A stretch of 64,000 nt of DNA from Bacteroidota bacterium (GTDB taxonomy: Bacteria > Bacteroidota > Ignavibacteria > UBA10030 > UBA6906), in assembly GCA_036397975.1 (NCBI GenBank), contig DASWHW010000009.1:204-64203 (forward strand), given 5' to 3'. The position numbers and the translations under genes are program-made. Each line of letters opens with the position of its first letter. Position 1 is the stretch's first letter. This document shows, piece by piece, positions 20,378-29,674 of this stretch. The notes beneath the pieces are model-generated. The model was not told the DNA's origin, ran no database searches, and saw only the letters and a list, made by a program, of their open reading frames with translations.

Positions 20378-21505
20378 CTAAATTTTCACGAACATTTTTC
20401 CGCGCATTTGTCTCACCAGACCTTTGAACTCAAGAGAGAGTAAGTGGACGAGGGCGTCGGACATGGAGAGCTTCGCGTCTTCGGCAATACGATCGATATG
20501 TTTCGGTTCGTCCGTCAACGCGGCAAACAATTGTTGTTCGAACAACGTCATCTCCGGAAGAGGGCGTGCAGCAGCCGGCTCATCCGACGAGATGAATTTT
20601 TTAATGCGTTGCCCCAGGGTCTCCAAGATGTCCTCCACCGATTCAATAAGTTGTGCCTTGCTCTCCTTAATCAAAATGTTCGTTCCATTTTTCTTTCTGT
20701 CGCTCACGGCAGCAGGCACGGCGAACACTTCTCGATTCTGATCGAGGGCAGTGCTGGCAGTGATCATCGCGCCCCCATTGACGCCGGTTTCGACAATGAT
20801 CGTCGCGATCGCAATCCCACTAATAATGCGATTCCGCCGAGGGAAATTCCCTGCATCTGGCTTCGTTCCCATTTCGAACTCAGAGACGACCGCTCCGGAA
20901 GTTCCTATCCGCTGGAACAAATCAAAATTCTCCGGTGGGTAAACAACATCGATCCCACTTCCAATGACTGCCACTGTTCTATTCCGGTTTTTTATCGCTG
21001 TACTGTGCGCGATGGTGTCGATCCCGCGTGCGAGCCCGCTGATAATCGGAATCCCGAGGTGAGAGAGTTCGGACGAAAATTTTTCTGCCATAGTACTTCC
21101 ATATGGAGTAGGGTCTCTTGTTCCCACGATTGCGATGGCATATCGATCTTCCGGTGTCATCGTCCCGCGAAGAAAAAGAAGAGGAGGAGGATCATAAATT
21201 TTCTTGAGATTTTCCGGGTACTCCTTGTCCCAGAGAGTGATAACTTTGCTGTCAGTCTTATTGACTTTTGAAAGCTGGGCGGTGATATAGGATTCGGCTT
21301 TGTGCAATGCGCTGGCGCTTTTAAAGAATCCAGCGATACCAAGGGCAGTCTTTCGCTCTATGCCTTCAACGGAAGTCAAATCCCGGGCAGAGGAATGCTG
21401 AATGTGTTCAGCCGATTTGAAGATGTTGATGAGAGCGCGAAGCCGCGTGGGGCCAATACCGGGGATCTGTGAAAGGAGAAGAATGTCTCTGACAGGAACT
21501 GTCAT
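20378..21505 (-). CDS. dprA: DNA processing protein DprA (SMF family)
   Basis: 375 aa. N-terminal helix-hairpin-helix region ILLLSQIPGIGPTRLRALI. Rossmann-like core AIVGTRDPTPYG...ISGLARGIDTIAH...VAVIGSGIDVVYPPEN. Confidence 0.85.
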   Translation of the reverse strand: MTVPVRDILLLSQIPGIGPTRLRALINIFKSAEHIQHSSARDLTSVEGIERKTALGIAGFFKSASALHKAESYITAQLSKVNKTDSKVITLWDKEYPENLKKIYDPPPLLFLRGTMTPEDRYAIAIVGTRDPTPYGSTMAEKFSSELSHLGIPIISGLARGIDTIAHSTAIKNRNRTVAVIGSGIDVVYPPENFDLFQRIGTSGAVVSEFEMGTKPDAGNFPRRNRIISGIAIATIIVETGVNGGAMITASTALDQNREVFAVPAAVSDRKKNGTNILIKESKAQLIESVEDILETLGQRIKKFISSDEPAAARPLPEMTLFEQQLFAALTDEPKHIDRIAEDAKLSMSDALVHLLSLEFKGLVRQMRGKMFVKI

Positions 21506-21516
21506 GACGATTCCTC

Positions 21517-21795
21517 TTAGTTGTCTTCCTGCACGTCGAGGTCGTCGACAACTGCAACGATGATGCTGTGCACCGGAACGTCTTTTCTCCGGAGTAGTTG
21601 CGCAGCCGCTTGACCCTCCTGAACGACGAGCACCATATCGCCAACTCCCGCATCGACGACATCAAGAGCAAGAAAATCACGTCCGAGCGGTTCACCCGTT
21701 AAAGAGACCGGCTGAACAATAAGGATTTTTTGATCCCGCAGTTGCTCCTTTTTTTGAGTCGAGACGATTGTGCCGGCAACCTTACAGAGGGTCAT
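21517..21795 (-). CDS. EutN/CcmL/PduN-family protein (bacterial microcompartment vertex pentamer fold, PF03319-like), orphan
   Basis: 92 aa. MTLCKVAGTIVSTQK..KILIVQPV...DVVDAGVGDMVLVVQEGQAA...SIIVAVVDDLDV aligns motif-for-motif with EutN/CcmL (V.GTVVSTQK, ..D.VGAG.GEWVLV..GSAAR, VVGIIDSV). Confidence 0.7.
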   Translation of the reverse strand: MTLCKVAGTIVSTQKKEQLRDQKILIVQPVSLTGEPLGRDFLALDVVDAGVGDMVLVVQEGQAAAQLLRRKDVPVHSIIVAVVDDLDVQEDN

Positions 21796-21828
21796 GCTAT
21801 GCCAAAATTGTTGAGAGTGCTGAGAGGC

Positions 21829-23205
21829 TCACGATAACAATTCCCGTTTCACAGTTGCGACAATCTCTTCTGCCTTCGCCTTCGTTGCAGCTTCCGCAAT
21901 GATACGAACGATGGGTTCGGTGTTCGACTTCCGAAGGTGAATCCAATAATCATCATAGTCGATGCGCACGCCGTCTGCAGTTGAGACCTTTCCCATCGAG
22001 TTGCTTTTCATACGTTCGATCACACGCTCCGTCGATCCGTTGCGGATGTCGATCTTCCCTTTTGCGATAGAATATTGTGGGAGGGTCGCCTTAAGATCAG
22101 AAAGGCTCCCTTTGAACTCCGCAAGCATTTGAAGAACCAGAGCAATCCCAACAATCGCATCACGCCCGGTGTGAACTGCCGGCAAGATGACGCCGCCGCT
22201 TCCTTCTCCTCCAATGATCGCATTTAGTTCCTTCATTTTTTTTGCCACGTTAATCTCGCCCACGGGCGTGCGATACGTCTTGGCGCCGAAATGTTTCGCG
22301 ATGTCTTCAACGGCTCTGGTTGTGGATAGGTTAATGACAACAGAATTATTCGGAGTATTCCCCTTTCGAGACGCCCTTTGAAGGACGAACTGCACCGCGA
22401 GGGCTACGGTATATTCCTCTCCAAGGGGCTCTCCTTTTTCCGTAATAAGGACAAGCCTGTCCACGTCGGGGTCGACGGCGATTCCAATATCGGCCTTTTC
22501 CTCTTTGACGCGTGCAGCCAGTTCCGTGAGATTTTCGGGAAGAGGTTCCGGGGTATGGGCAAAGATACCGCTGACGTCACAATGAAGCTCAATCACCTCA
22601 CAGCCAAGACTCCGGAGGAGGGAGGGGACAAAGACGCCACCCGCAGCGTTCACGCAATCAACGACAACTTTCAGCTTCCGCTGTTGTACAAGACTTACGT
22701 CGATGAAACCCGAGGTAAGAACCGCATCGACATGCTTGCTGATCCAGGAATCGTCAGTAACGTGTGTTCCGATGGAGTTCCATGGTGCATATTGAACAGG
22801 GCCCTCTTTTGCGATCGACAACAATTCTTTGTTTTCTTCCGCGTCGAGAAAAAGACCCGTAGAGGAAATAAACTTCATCCCATTCCACTGCATCGGGTTA
22901 TGGCTGGCGGTCACGGAAATTCCCCCTGACGCTCCCCCTTTTTCCACCGCCAGCGCGACAGTGGGTGTCGGGCAAATTCCAAGGGCCCGGACCCGCACCC
23001 CGGTGGAAAGAAGAGTTGAGGCGACGATATTCCCGATTATCTTTCCCGTAATGCGCCCGTCCCGGCCAAGTACTATCTCCGGAATTCCCGGGTGGTTTCT
23101 TTTGCAGTACTCTCCGAACGCCGCGGCATAGTGAACTATTACCTCCGGCGTCAGGGACTCTCCGACAATCCCTCGTATTCCGGAGATGCTTACCATTAGT
23201 GACAT
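21829..23205 (-). CDS. glmM: phosphoglucosamine mutase (Bacteroidetes-type GlmM, phosphohexomutase family)
   Basis: 458 aa. MSLMVSISGIRGIVGE.. matches Bacteroides GlmM (MTLIKSISGIRGTIGG). Catalytic Ser loop TASHNP. Confidence 0.7.
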   Translation of the reverse strand: MSLMVSISGIRGIVGESLTPEVIVHYAAAFGEYCKRNHPGIPEIVLGRDGRITGKIIGNIVASTLLSTGVRVRALGICPTPTVALAVEKGGASGGISVTASHNPMQWNGMKFISSTGLFLDAEENKELLSIAKEGPVQYAPWNSIGTHVTDDSWISKHVDAVLTSGFIDVSLVQQRKLKVVVDCVNAAGGVFVPSLLRSLGCEVIELHCDVSGIFAHTPEPLPENLTELAARVKEEKADIGIAVDPDVDRLVLITEKGEPLGEEYTVALAVQFVLQRASRKGNTPNNSVVINLSTTRAVEDIAKHFGAKTYRTPVGEINVAKKMKELNAIIGGEGSGGVILPAVHTGRDAIVGIALVLQMLAEFKGSLSDLKATLPQYSIAKGKIDIRNGSTERVIERMKSNSMGKVSTADGVRIDYDDYWIHLRKSNTEPIVRIIAEAATKAKAEEIVATVKRELLS

Positions 23206-23337
23206 ACGTTTTCTTACTCAAGGTTGGTATTGTCTGTCGGAAATGTAGACAAGTGCTCATAGAGAAGCAACATTAGGCAAGCAGGTTATGTTGAAACTCT
23301 CTCATTTATTGGTTACGTTTCGTTCGACCAACCGGAG

Positions 23338-23910
23338 TTGATCTTGTTGACTGTTGAAGAACAACGAGAACTCTTGGTGATTGCACGGAGTGCAATTCAC
23401 GATGCGGTGAGTAAGAAAAAGGGAGCTGTTCAGAACTCGGGAAGCTCCGGCCTACAACGATCAAGCGGTGTTTTTGTGACGTTGTTCGTTGAAGATCAAT
23501 TGCGGGGCTGCGTTGGGTACGTCGACTCCCCGTTGCCGCTTGCGCAAGCTGTTGCTGAACTCGCGCCGAAAGCGGCATTTGAGGATCTCCGCTTTCCTCC
23601 TCTCCGTATAGAAGAGATGCCAGGCCTGAGGATCGAACTATCAGTACTTACCCCGCCGCGCGAAATCGTATCAATCGAAGAAATAGAAGTCGGTTTCCAT
23701 GGACTGATTCTGGAACTGGGAAAACGTCGTGGTCTTCTCCTCCCGCGTGTCGCAACAGACCATGGATGGGATCGACAGTCGTTTCTCCAAGGAGTTGCGC
23801 AAAAAGCTGGCCTCCCTTCGACAGCGTGGACATTACCAGGAGCAAGGCTTCTGGTTTTTTCCGCTCAAGCATTTGAAGAAGCGGTGTTGAGGCAAAAATC
23901 AGCGCCATGA
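23338..23910 (+). CDS. AMMECR1 domain protein (AmmeMemoRadiSam system protein A-like)
   Basis: 190 aa. GVFVTL...LRGCVGY...PLRIEE and LLPRVA motifs of the AMMECR1 family. Confidence 0.75.
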   Translation: MILLTVEEQRELLVIARSAIHDAVSKKKGAVQNSGSSGLQRSSGVFVTLFVEDQLRGCVGYVDSPLPLAQAVAELAPKAAFEDLRFPPLRIEEMPGLRIELSVLTPPREIVSIEEIEVGFHGLILELGKRRGLLLPRVATDHGWDRQSFLQGVAQKAGLPSTAWTLPGARLLVFSAQAFEEAVLRQKSAP

Positions 23911-24731
23911 TCCCATCGGAAGCAGTTCGTCCTTGTCAGGTGTGCGGAACTTTTTACCCGGCGAAGAAAACCGATTTGACGGTGATGATGGAGTCGCTTC
24001 TTGACAAAGGTAAAAAAAGCGGACGATCAGGATCATTGCGCGGTTTGGTGCTTCCTCATGCAGGCTATATCTACTCCGGGCCGACTGCCGCTTGCGGTGT
24101 AAAACTGCTCCAAAAGGGTGAATGGACGACTGTGGTCGTAGTGTCACCGAGCCATCGTGAATACTTCGACGGTGTATCTGTGTATCCCGGTGGTGCGTAT
24201 GGAACGCCACTGGGGAAAATCCCGATTAATTCTGCATTGAGGACAAGGCTCCTGGAAGAAACAACCTTGATTACGGCATCCTCGCAAGGACATGGTGCTG
24301 AACATGCAATTGAAGTCCAGCTGCCGTTGCTCCAACATGCACTTGGAGATTTTTCGTTACTGCCAATTGTCATTGGGAATCAAACCCCGACATATTGTTT
24401 TGAATTGGGAAGAGCATTAAGTGCCGTCTGTAAAGGGTGTTTGTTGGTAGCCAGCACAGATCTAAGTCACTATCATCCCGCAACGACTGCAGAGAAGCTT
24501 GACAGTATTGCAGTCGAAGATGTACGTCAATTCGACTTTGAGAAACTCATGAATGATCTTGAAGATGGGAGCACTGAGGCTTGCGGAGGAGGTCCGACCG
24601 TGGCGGTGATGACTGCGTTGCATCAGATGGGTGCGAAACGGTTTGAGATCCTCGACTATTCTCATTCAGGGAATGTTACCGGCGACCTTGATTCCGTCGT
24701 TGGGTACCTTGCCGCCGCAGCTTTCGCCTAG
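23907..24731 (+). CDS. Memo1-like protein (AmmeMemoRadiSam system protein B)
   Basis: 274 aa. PHAGYIYSGPTAA...VVVVSPSHRE...HGAEHAIEVQLP...STDLSHYH are Memo/extradiol-dioxygenase-like signatures. The start overlaps the AMMECR1 stop (ATGA). Confidence 0.75.
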   Translation: MIPSEAVRPCQVCGTFYPAKKTDLTVMMESLLDKGKKSGRSGSLRGLVLPHAGYIYSGPTAACGVKLLQKGEWTTVVVVSPSHREYFDGVSVYPGGAYGTPLGKIPINSALRTRLLEETTLITASSQGHGAEHAIEVQLPLLQHALGDFSLLPIVIGNQTPTYCFELGRALSAVCKGCLLVASTDLSHYHPATTAEKLDSIAVEDVRQFDFEKLMNDLEDGSTEACGGGPTVAVMTALHQMGAKRFEILDYSHSGNVTGDLDSVVGYLAAAAFA

Positions 24732-24734
24732 AAC

Positions 24735-25652
24735 ATGAAGAAGAAACTTGGATGGAACATAGCGATAATCGGAGCAGGGAAGGTAGGACAGGTTCTCGGG
24801 AGGATTCTTGTCGACAATGGTGATCGCGTCGTTGCAGTGGTGTCGCGAACGCAAGGTTCCGCCCGCCGCGGTGGAGAATTTCTTCAATGCCGGAATTACG
24901 GCGTCGATCTCCCCCTTATCCCACCAGCAATTGATGTCGTATTCATAACGACCCCTCACGCAGCCGTGGAGGAAGTGGTTCGCGGACTTTCGGAATTGGG
25001 CAGTCTTCCGTGGAAGAGGATCTCTGTTTGTCATGCTTCGGGAATGATGACTGCTGGAGTGCTTGCCCCGTTGCACAGGAAAGGAGCATGTACTTTTTCG
25101 TTCCATCCCTTGCAAACCTTTCCGCGTGATTTTGCTCCGAAGGATATCGTACCTAACGTTCGCGGCATTTACTACGGTGTTGACGGCTCGAAGAGAGGAA
25201 TCGAAAGGGCAAAGCAGCTTGCACGGAAGCTGTCTGGCAAGGTAATCGAGGTGTCGCCTGGAAAGCGGGCATACTATCATGCCGCGTGCGTTGTTGCATC
25301 GAATCACCTTACGGCATTGCTAGCGATCGTCGAAACAATGTACAGCCGTTTCGGGAAAAAGACGCCCGGATTTTACACTTCGTTTGAGCCAATCATTCTG
25401 GCAACTCTTTCAAACATTAAGAGGTCATCTCCAAAAGAAGCTCTCAGTGGTCCAGTTGCCCGGGGCGGTGTAGAAACAGTGCGGGAACACTTTGAAGCGA
25501 TACGTGAGCACTCTCCGGAACTCCTTCCCTACTTTGCCCGGATGACCGAAGAGTCGATTTACCTCGCAACAAAGAAACGATCCATTGATAACGAACAACG
25601 CCGGGCATTGATCAAACTTGTCGAGACCTACAGAACGGAATTCACACACTAA
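24735..25652 (+). CDS. Rossmann-fold NAD(P)-binding protein with C-terminal DUF2520
   Basis: 305 aa. N-terminal IAIIGAGKVGQVLGRIL dinucleotide-binding motif. The architecture resembles Rossmann-like/DUF2520 proteins. Confidence 0.5.
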   Translation: MKKKLGWNIAIIGAGKVGQVLGRILVDNGDRVVAVVSRTQGSARRGGEFLQCRNYGVDLPLIPPAIDVVFITTPHAAVEEVVRGLSELGSLPWKRISVCHASGMMTAGVLAPLHRKGACTFSFHPLQTFPRDFAPKDIVPNVRGIYYGVDGSKRGIERAKQLARKLSGKVIEVSPGKRAYYHAACVVASNHLTALLAIVETMYSRFGKKTPGFYTSFEPIILATLSNIKRSSPKEALSGPVARGGVETVREHFEAIREHSPELLPYFARMTEESIYLATKKRSIDNEQRRALIKLVETYRTEFTH

Positions 25653-25661
25653 AGGGACACT

Positions 25662-26726
25662 GTGAAAGCACTCATCGCCAGTGGGGGACGCGGCACGCGA
25701 CTGCGTCCGATCACGCATACACAGAATAAGCACCTTATCCCAATTGCCAACAAGCCGATTTTGCATTACGCTATTGAAGCCGTTGCGAATGCCGGAATCA
25801 AGGAAATCGCCATCGTCATCAATGCGGGTAGCGCGGAAGTCCCCGACGCAATCGGGAACGGCGACCGATGGGGTGTGAATATTACTTTTCTCCAGCAAGA
25901 GACTCCGGGGGGTCTTGCTCAGGTCGTTGGCCTTGCGGAGAAGTTTATGGGAAACGACGAATTCATTTTCTACCTCGGCGACAACATGGTTGTTGGCGGG
26001 GTACAATCATTTCTCGATGCCTTCAAGAAGAGCAAATGCAACTGTTTCCTGACTCTTGCCAAGGTGAGAGATCCCGAACGTTTTGGTGTTCCTGAGATTC
26101 GGGATGGGCGGATTGTGAGTGTTGAAGAAAAACCCAAAAAACCGAAAAGTAACTTTGCTGTCTCGGGGATTTATATTTATGATCATCATATTTTTGAGGC
26201 GGTGAAATCCATTAAGCCAAGTGCACGTGGCGAGCTGGAGATCTCCGATGCGCATCAATACCTTATCGACAACGGACATTCCATCGGTTATGCGGAAATC
26301 ACCGGCTGGTGGAAAGACACGGGAAAGCCAGCCGACCTCCTCGAGGCAAATCGTCTTGTCCTCGACAATATTGAAACCTTTATTGCGGGTGAAGTGGACG
26401 CAAACTCAGTCGTTTCCGGGAAAGTGAGAATAGAAAAGGGCGCAAAGATCGTTAACAGTGTTGTTCGCGGTCCTGCGATTATCGGCGAGGGTTGTACTAT
26501 TCAAGACGCCTACATCGGTCCGTTTTCCTCCATTGGCAACAACACCACGATCATCAAGAGCGAAGTGGAGTACAGCATCATATTGCGTGACTGCAAAATC
26601 CAAAACGTCGGCATCCGTCTCGAGAGTAGTATCCTTGGCAATGACGTGGAGGTGGTGGAAGGAACCGGCAAGCCTAGAGTTCACCGGTTCATGATTGGGG
26701 ATCAGAGTCGCGTGGAAGTTGTTTGA
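25662..26726 (+). CDS. sugar-phosphate nucleotidyltransferase, glucose-1-phosphate thymidylyltransferase-like long form with C-terminal left-handed beta-helix
   Basis: 354 aa. MKALIASGGRGTRLRPITHTQNKHLIPIANKPIL is the NTP-transferase signature. The C-terminal hexapeptide-like repeats give the beta-helix call. Confidence 0.65.
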   Translation: MKALIASGGRGTRLRPITHTQNKHLIPIANKPILHYAIEAVANAGIKEIAIVINAGSAEVPDAIGNGDRWGVNITFLQQETPGGLAQVVGLAEKFMGNDEFIFYLGDNMVVGGVQSFLDAFKKSKCNCFLTLAKVRDPERFGVPEIRDGRIVSVEEKPKKPKSNFAVSGIYIYDHHIFEAVKSIKPSARGELEISDAHQYLIDNGHSIGYAEITGWWKDTGKPADLLEANRLVLDNIETFIAGEVDANSVVSGKVRIEKGAKIVNSVVRGPAIIGEGCTIQDAYIGPFSSIGNNTTIIKSEVEYSIILRDCKIQNVGIRLESSILGNDVEVVEGTGKPRVHRFMIGDQSRVEVV

Positions 26727-26760
26727 GTTCTAATGGTTCTTCAAGGAAAAGGAAGAAACG

Positions 26761-27543
26761 ATGAAATATAGGAATCTTCTCTACGAGGCCTCTTCAAATG
26801 TGGCGACGGTGACCATCAACCGGCCGGAGAAGCTGAATGCACTCAATGCCGACACAAAGACGGAACTTCTTGACGTGTTCTCCGAACTCAAGCAACAACC
26901 GGATATTCGTGCGGTGATCATCACGGGCTCCGGCGAAAAGTCTTTTGTCGCCGGAACGGATATCGGTGAGCTGACCGAGCTGGACGCGGAGACAGGCAAG
27001 AAATTTGCAGAAGTGGGACAGCAGGTGTTCGACCTGATCGAGCATCTTGGGAAGCCAGTGATTGCGGCAGTGAACGGTTTCGCACTGGGTGGAGGATGTG
27101 AGTTAGCGATGGCATGTCACCTTCGCGTTGCGTCTGAAAACGCGAAGTTCGGCCAGCCAGAAGTAAACCTTGGAATTATTCCCGGCTACGGAGGGACACA
27201 ACGACTCGCCAGACTTGTTGGCGAAGGAAGGGCAATGGAAATGATTCTTACCGGCGCGATGATCGACGCGCAGGAGGCTCTTCGGATTGGTCTTGTGAAC
27301 ACGGTGGTGGCACAAAATGACCTTTTGAGCACCTGTTCTTCTATTGCACAAACAATCGCTGGAAAATCCCAGGTTGCAATCCGCATGGCGCTGAAGGCCG
27401 TCCACGTTACTCAGGAAGTTTCGTTGACCGAAGGGCTCAAGCTGGAGGCTTCCCTGTTCGGACTCTGTTGCGGGTCCGAGGATTTCAAAGAAGGGACGAC
27501 AGCCTTCCTCGAGAAGCGAAAACCTGTCTTCAAAAACAAGTGA
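26761..27543 (+). CDS. enoyl-CoA hydratase (crotonase family)
   Basis: 260 aa. VATVTINRPEKLNAL...FVAGTDIGEL...AAVNGFALGGGCELAMACH... Confidence 0.8.
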   Translation: MKYRNLLYEASSNVATVTINRPEKLNALNADTKTELLDVFSELKQQPDIRAVIITGSGEKSFVAGTDIGELTELDAETGKKFAEVGQQVFDLIEHLGKPVIAAVNGFALGGGCELAMACHLRVASENAKFGQPEVNLGIIPGYGGTQRLARLVGEGRAMEMILTGAMIDAQEALRIGLVNTVVAQNDLLSTCSSIAQTIAGKSQVAIRMALKAVHVTQEVSLTEGLKLEASLFGLCCGSEDFKEGTTAFLEKRKPVFKNK

Positions 27544-27647
27544 CAATTTCGAGGGAACACCCTCGGTGGAAATTGCGGGCCGGGTTTGTGGTCCTTCTTG
27601 CAAGTTCTTCAATCTTTCTTTTCCTTCTCAATCTCGCGTCCGAGAAA

Positions 27648-27986
27648 ATGGTAGGCCGAAGGGTAGCGGAGCGGCCAAGCGATCAGACAGTCTTGAAGAA
27701 TATCGACGATGTTGTTAGGAGAACTCTTACGCAGTTTGGTGTTGAAGAGAAAACCATGAGAACGCGGAATGTGCAGACACCGAATAATGTTTTTTCCCGG
27801 GTCGAGCGAAGGGCACAGGTGCCAGAAGACTTCTCGGTTCTCCGGTTCAACCAAGAGTTGGGAGAAGGCGTCTCTACCGCCAACGCGAGTGTCATCGGAA
27901 CAGAGCGGACGAAAGAGGGCCAGACTACAATCCACGTGGTATGGCAGGGAAGAATCGTTCAGTCTATTATTTTGATCTTCCGATAA
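27648..27986 (+). CDS. hypothetical small protein (very uncertain; the region may instead be non-coding)
   Basis: 112-aa ORF (MVGRRVAERPSDQ...), with no recognisable family. A 128-aa ORF on the opposite strand overlaps it. About 500 bp here have no confident annotation. Confidence 0.2.
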   Translation: MVGRRVAERPSDQTVLKNIDDVVRRTLTQFGVEEKTMRTRNVQTPNNVFSRVERRAQVPEDFSVLRFNQELGEGVSTANASVIGTERTKEGQTTIHVVWQGRIVQSIILIFR

Positions 27987-28046
27987 ACGATCCAATAGAA
28001 AGGAGTACGTCCTATTAAGACCAAAGGAACGCCGGGCTCAAGTGTC

Positions 28047-29381
28047 ATGGAAAAGATCGTTTCCCTTGCCAAGAGGAGGGGCTTCGTTTTTCAATCAAGC
28101 GAGATTTACGGGGGGTTGAACGGGTGCTGGGATTACGGTCCCCTTGGGGTTGAACTCCTTCGCAATATCAAGGACCAATGGTGGAACGCGATGACCTTGC
28201 GGGAGGATGTGGAAGGAATCGATGCATCGATACTTATGCATCCGCGTGTGTGGGAGGCGTCCGGGCACGTGGAGCACTTTACCGACCCGATGGTTGATTG
28301 CAAGGAGTGCAAGGCCCGGTTCCGCGCCGACCAGATTGAAGATGCGATGTGTGGAAGCCCTGCCTACAAGGGACGCAAGGCATTGAAATGCCAAGCCGAG
28401 AACAAGTTTACCGAGGCGAGGAAATTCAATCTGATGTTCAAGACCTTCGTCGGACCGGTGGAAGACTCCGGCGCCGTTGTGTATCTTCGTCCCGAAACTG
28501 CACAGGGAATCTTTGTGAATTTTCTCAACGTGCAGTCCGCAAGCAGGCAGAAACCGCCATTCGGCATTGCGCAGATTGGGAAGGCCTTTCGCAACGAGAT
28601 CAACACCAAGAACTTTCTCTTTCGCACCCGTGAATTTGAACAGATGGAAATGCAATTTTTTGTGAAGCCCGGATCGGACGATGAATGGTTTGAGTACTGG
28701 CGACAGCAAAGGTACGAGTGGTTTACGCGGTTGGGGCTTACAAAAGAAAAACTTCGCTGGCACCAGCATGAACCCGATGCCCTTGCGCACTACGCAAAGG
28801 ATGCTTACGACATCGAGTACGAGTTTCCATTTGGATGGGGCGAAATCGAGGGCGTCCATAATCGAACGGATTATGACCTCTCACGCCATGAGGAATACTC
28901 AGGCAAAGCGCTGAAATACTTTGATGATCAAACGAAGGAGAAGTATACGCCTTTCATCATTGAAACATCTGCGGGGGCAAGTCGTTCGCTCATGGCCTTT
29001 CTCGTTGACGCATACCGGGAGGAAGAGGCGCCAACCGCTGATGGAAAAGCGGAGACAAGGGTGGTCATGAAGTTTCATCCATCGCTTGCTCCGTTAAAAG
29101 CGGCTATTTTTCCGCTCGTGAACAGAGACGGAATGCCGGAATTGGCGAAGAAGGTTGAAACTGATCTGCGCAAACATATGCGCGTGTTCTATGATGACAG
29201 CGGTGCGGTGGGACGGCGTTATCGCCGCCAGGATGAGATTGGGACCCCGTTTACGATCACGATTGATTCGGATTCTCTGAATGATCAGACAGTGACGGTT
29301 CGGGACCGTGACACGATGGTGCAAGACCGAGTCTCCATGGATGCCCTTCGGTTGTTTCTCATCGAGCGCCTGACCTCGTAA
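28047..29381 (+). CDS. glyQS: glycine--tRNA ligase (dimeric class II GlyQS type)
   Basis: 444 aa. FQSSEIYGGLNGCWDYGPLGVELLRNIKDQWW...HPRVWEASGHVEHFTDPMVDCKEC. Confidence 0.9.
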   Translation: MEKIVSLAKRRGFVFQSSEIYGGLNGCWDYGPLGVELLRNIKDQWWNAMTLREDVEGIDASILMHPRVWEASGHVEHFTDPMVDCKECKARFRADQIEDAMCGSPAYKGRKALKCQAENKFTEARKFNLMFKTFVGPVEDSGAVVYLRPETAQGIFVNFLNVQSASRQKPPFGIAQIGKAFRNEINTKNFLFRTREFEQMEMQFFVKPGSDDEWFEYWRQQRYEWFTRLGLTKEKLRWHQHEPDALAHYAKDAYDIEYEFPFGWGEIEGVHNRTDYDLSRHEEYSGKALKYFDDQTKEKYTPFIIETSAGASRSLMAFLVDAYREEEAPTADGKAETRVVMKFHPSLAPLKAAIFPLVNRDGMPELAKKVETDLRKHMRVFYDDSGAVGRRYRRQDEIGTPFTITIDSDSLNDQTVTVRDRDTMVQDRVSMDALRLFLIERLTS

Positions 29382-29404
29382 CCCCAAGAAACGGCATGGT
29401 CTTC

Positions 29405-29449
29405 AAAGTCCCGTCATTCCTTTGAATTTTGGCGGGACTTTTCTATATT
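29405..29449 (+). terminator. rho-independent terminator after glyQS
   Basis: aaagtcccg...cgggactttt followed by ctatattt. A 9-bp stem with a large loop. Confidence 0.5.
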
Positions 29450-29674
29450 TGTCCCAGTTATGATGAGATTACTCCCCTTCACATCTCAAAAGCTCTCGTT
29501 GTTCGCTGTTGTTTGTCGTTTGACGTGGGAACAATTCTTGAGCTGTCGACACGAACATAGTTTGTGCATTCCACACTGAATTGATTGTGACAAGGGGGCA
29601 TTCCGGATATTTCCGCATACATTTGTCATCGAGGGAATTCGAATCCAACATTCATTCAAATCCAGAAAGGCGCT

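Noticed and set aside
27609-27995. 128-aa minus-strand ORF overlapping the candidate plus-strand ORF
   Set aside because: The two ORFs are mutually exclusive and neither has recognisable family features. Only the plus-strand one, co-directional with its neighbours, is listed, and at low confidence.
28000-28046. Possible T-box or other riboswitch leader upstream of glyQS
   Set aside because: No T-box consensus (AATTAGGGTGGTACCGCG-like) or specifier-loop architecture is visible. Also, T-box leaders are not expected in the FCB group, to which this window seems to belong.
28095-28859. 254-aa minus-strand ORF inside glyQS. Similar long antisense ORFs lie inside korA (49034-49660), hslU (16692-17736), the TBDR gene (6137-6601) and the M14 gene.
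   Set aside because: These are antisense to well-supported conserved genes. Such ORFs are expected at this GC content.
29620-29660. tRNA-like T-arm motif gagggaattcgaatcc
   Set aside because: No matching acceptor stem, D-arm or anticodon arm could be formed around it. It is probably a chance match in the glyQS / lipoprotein intergenic region.
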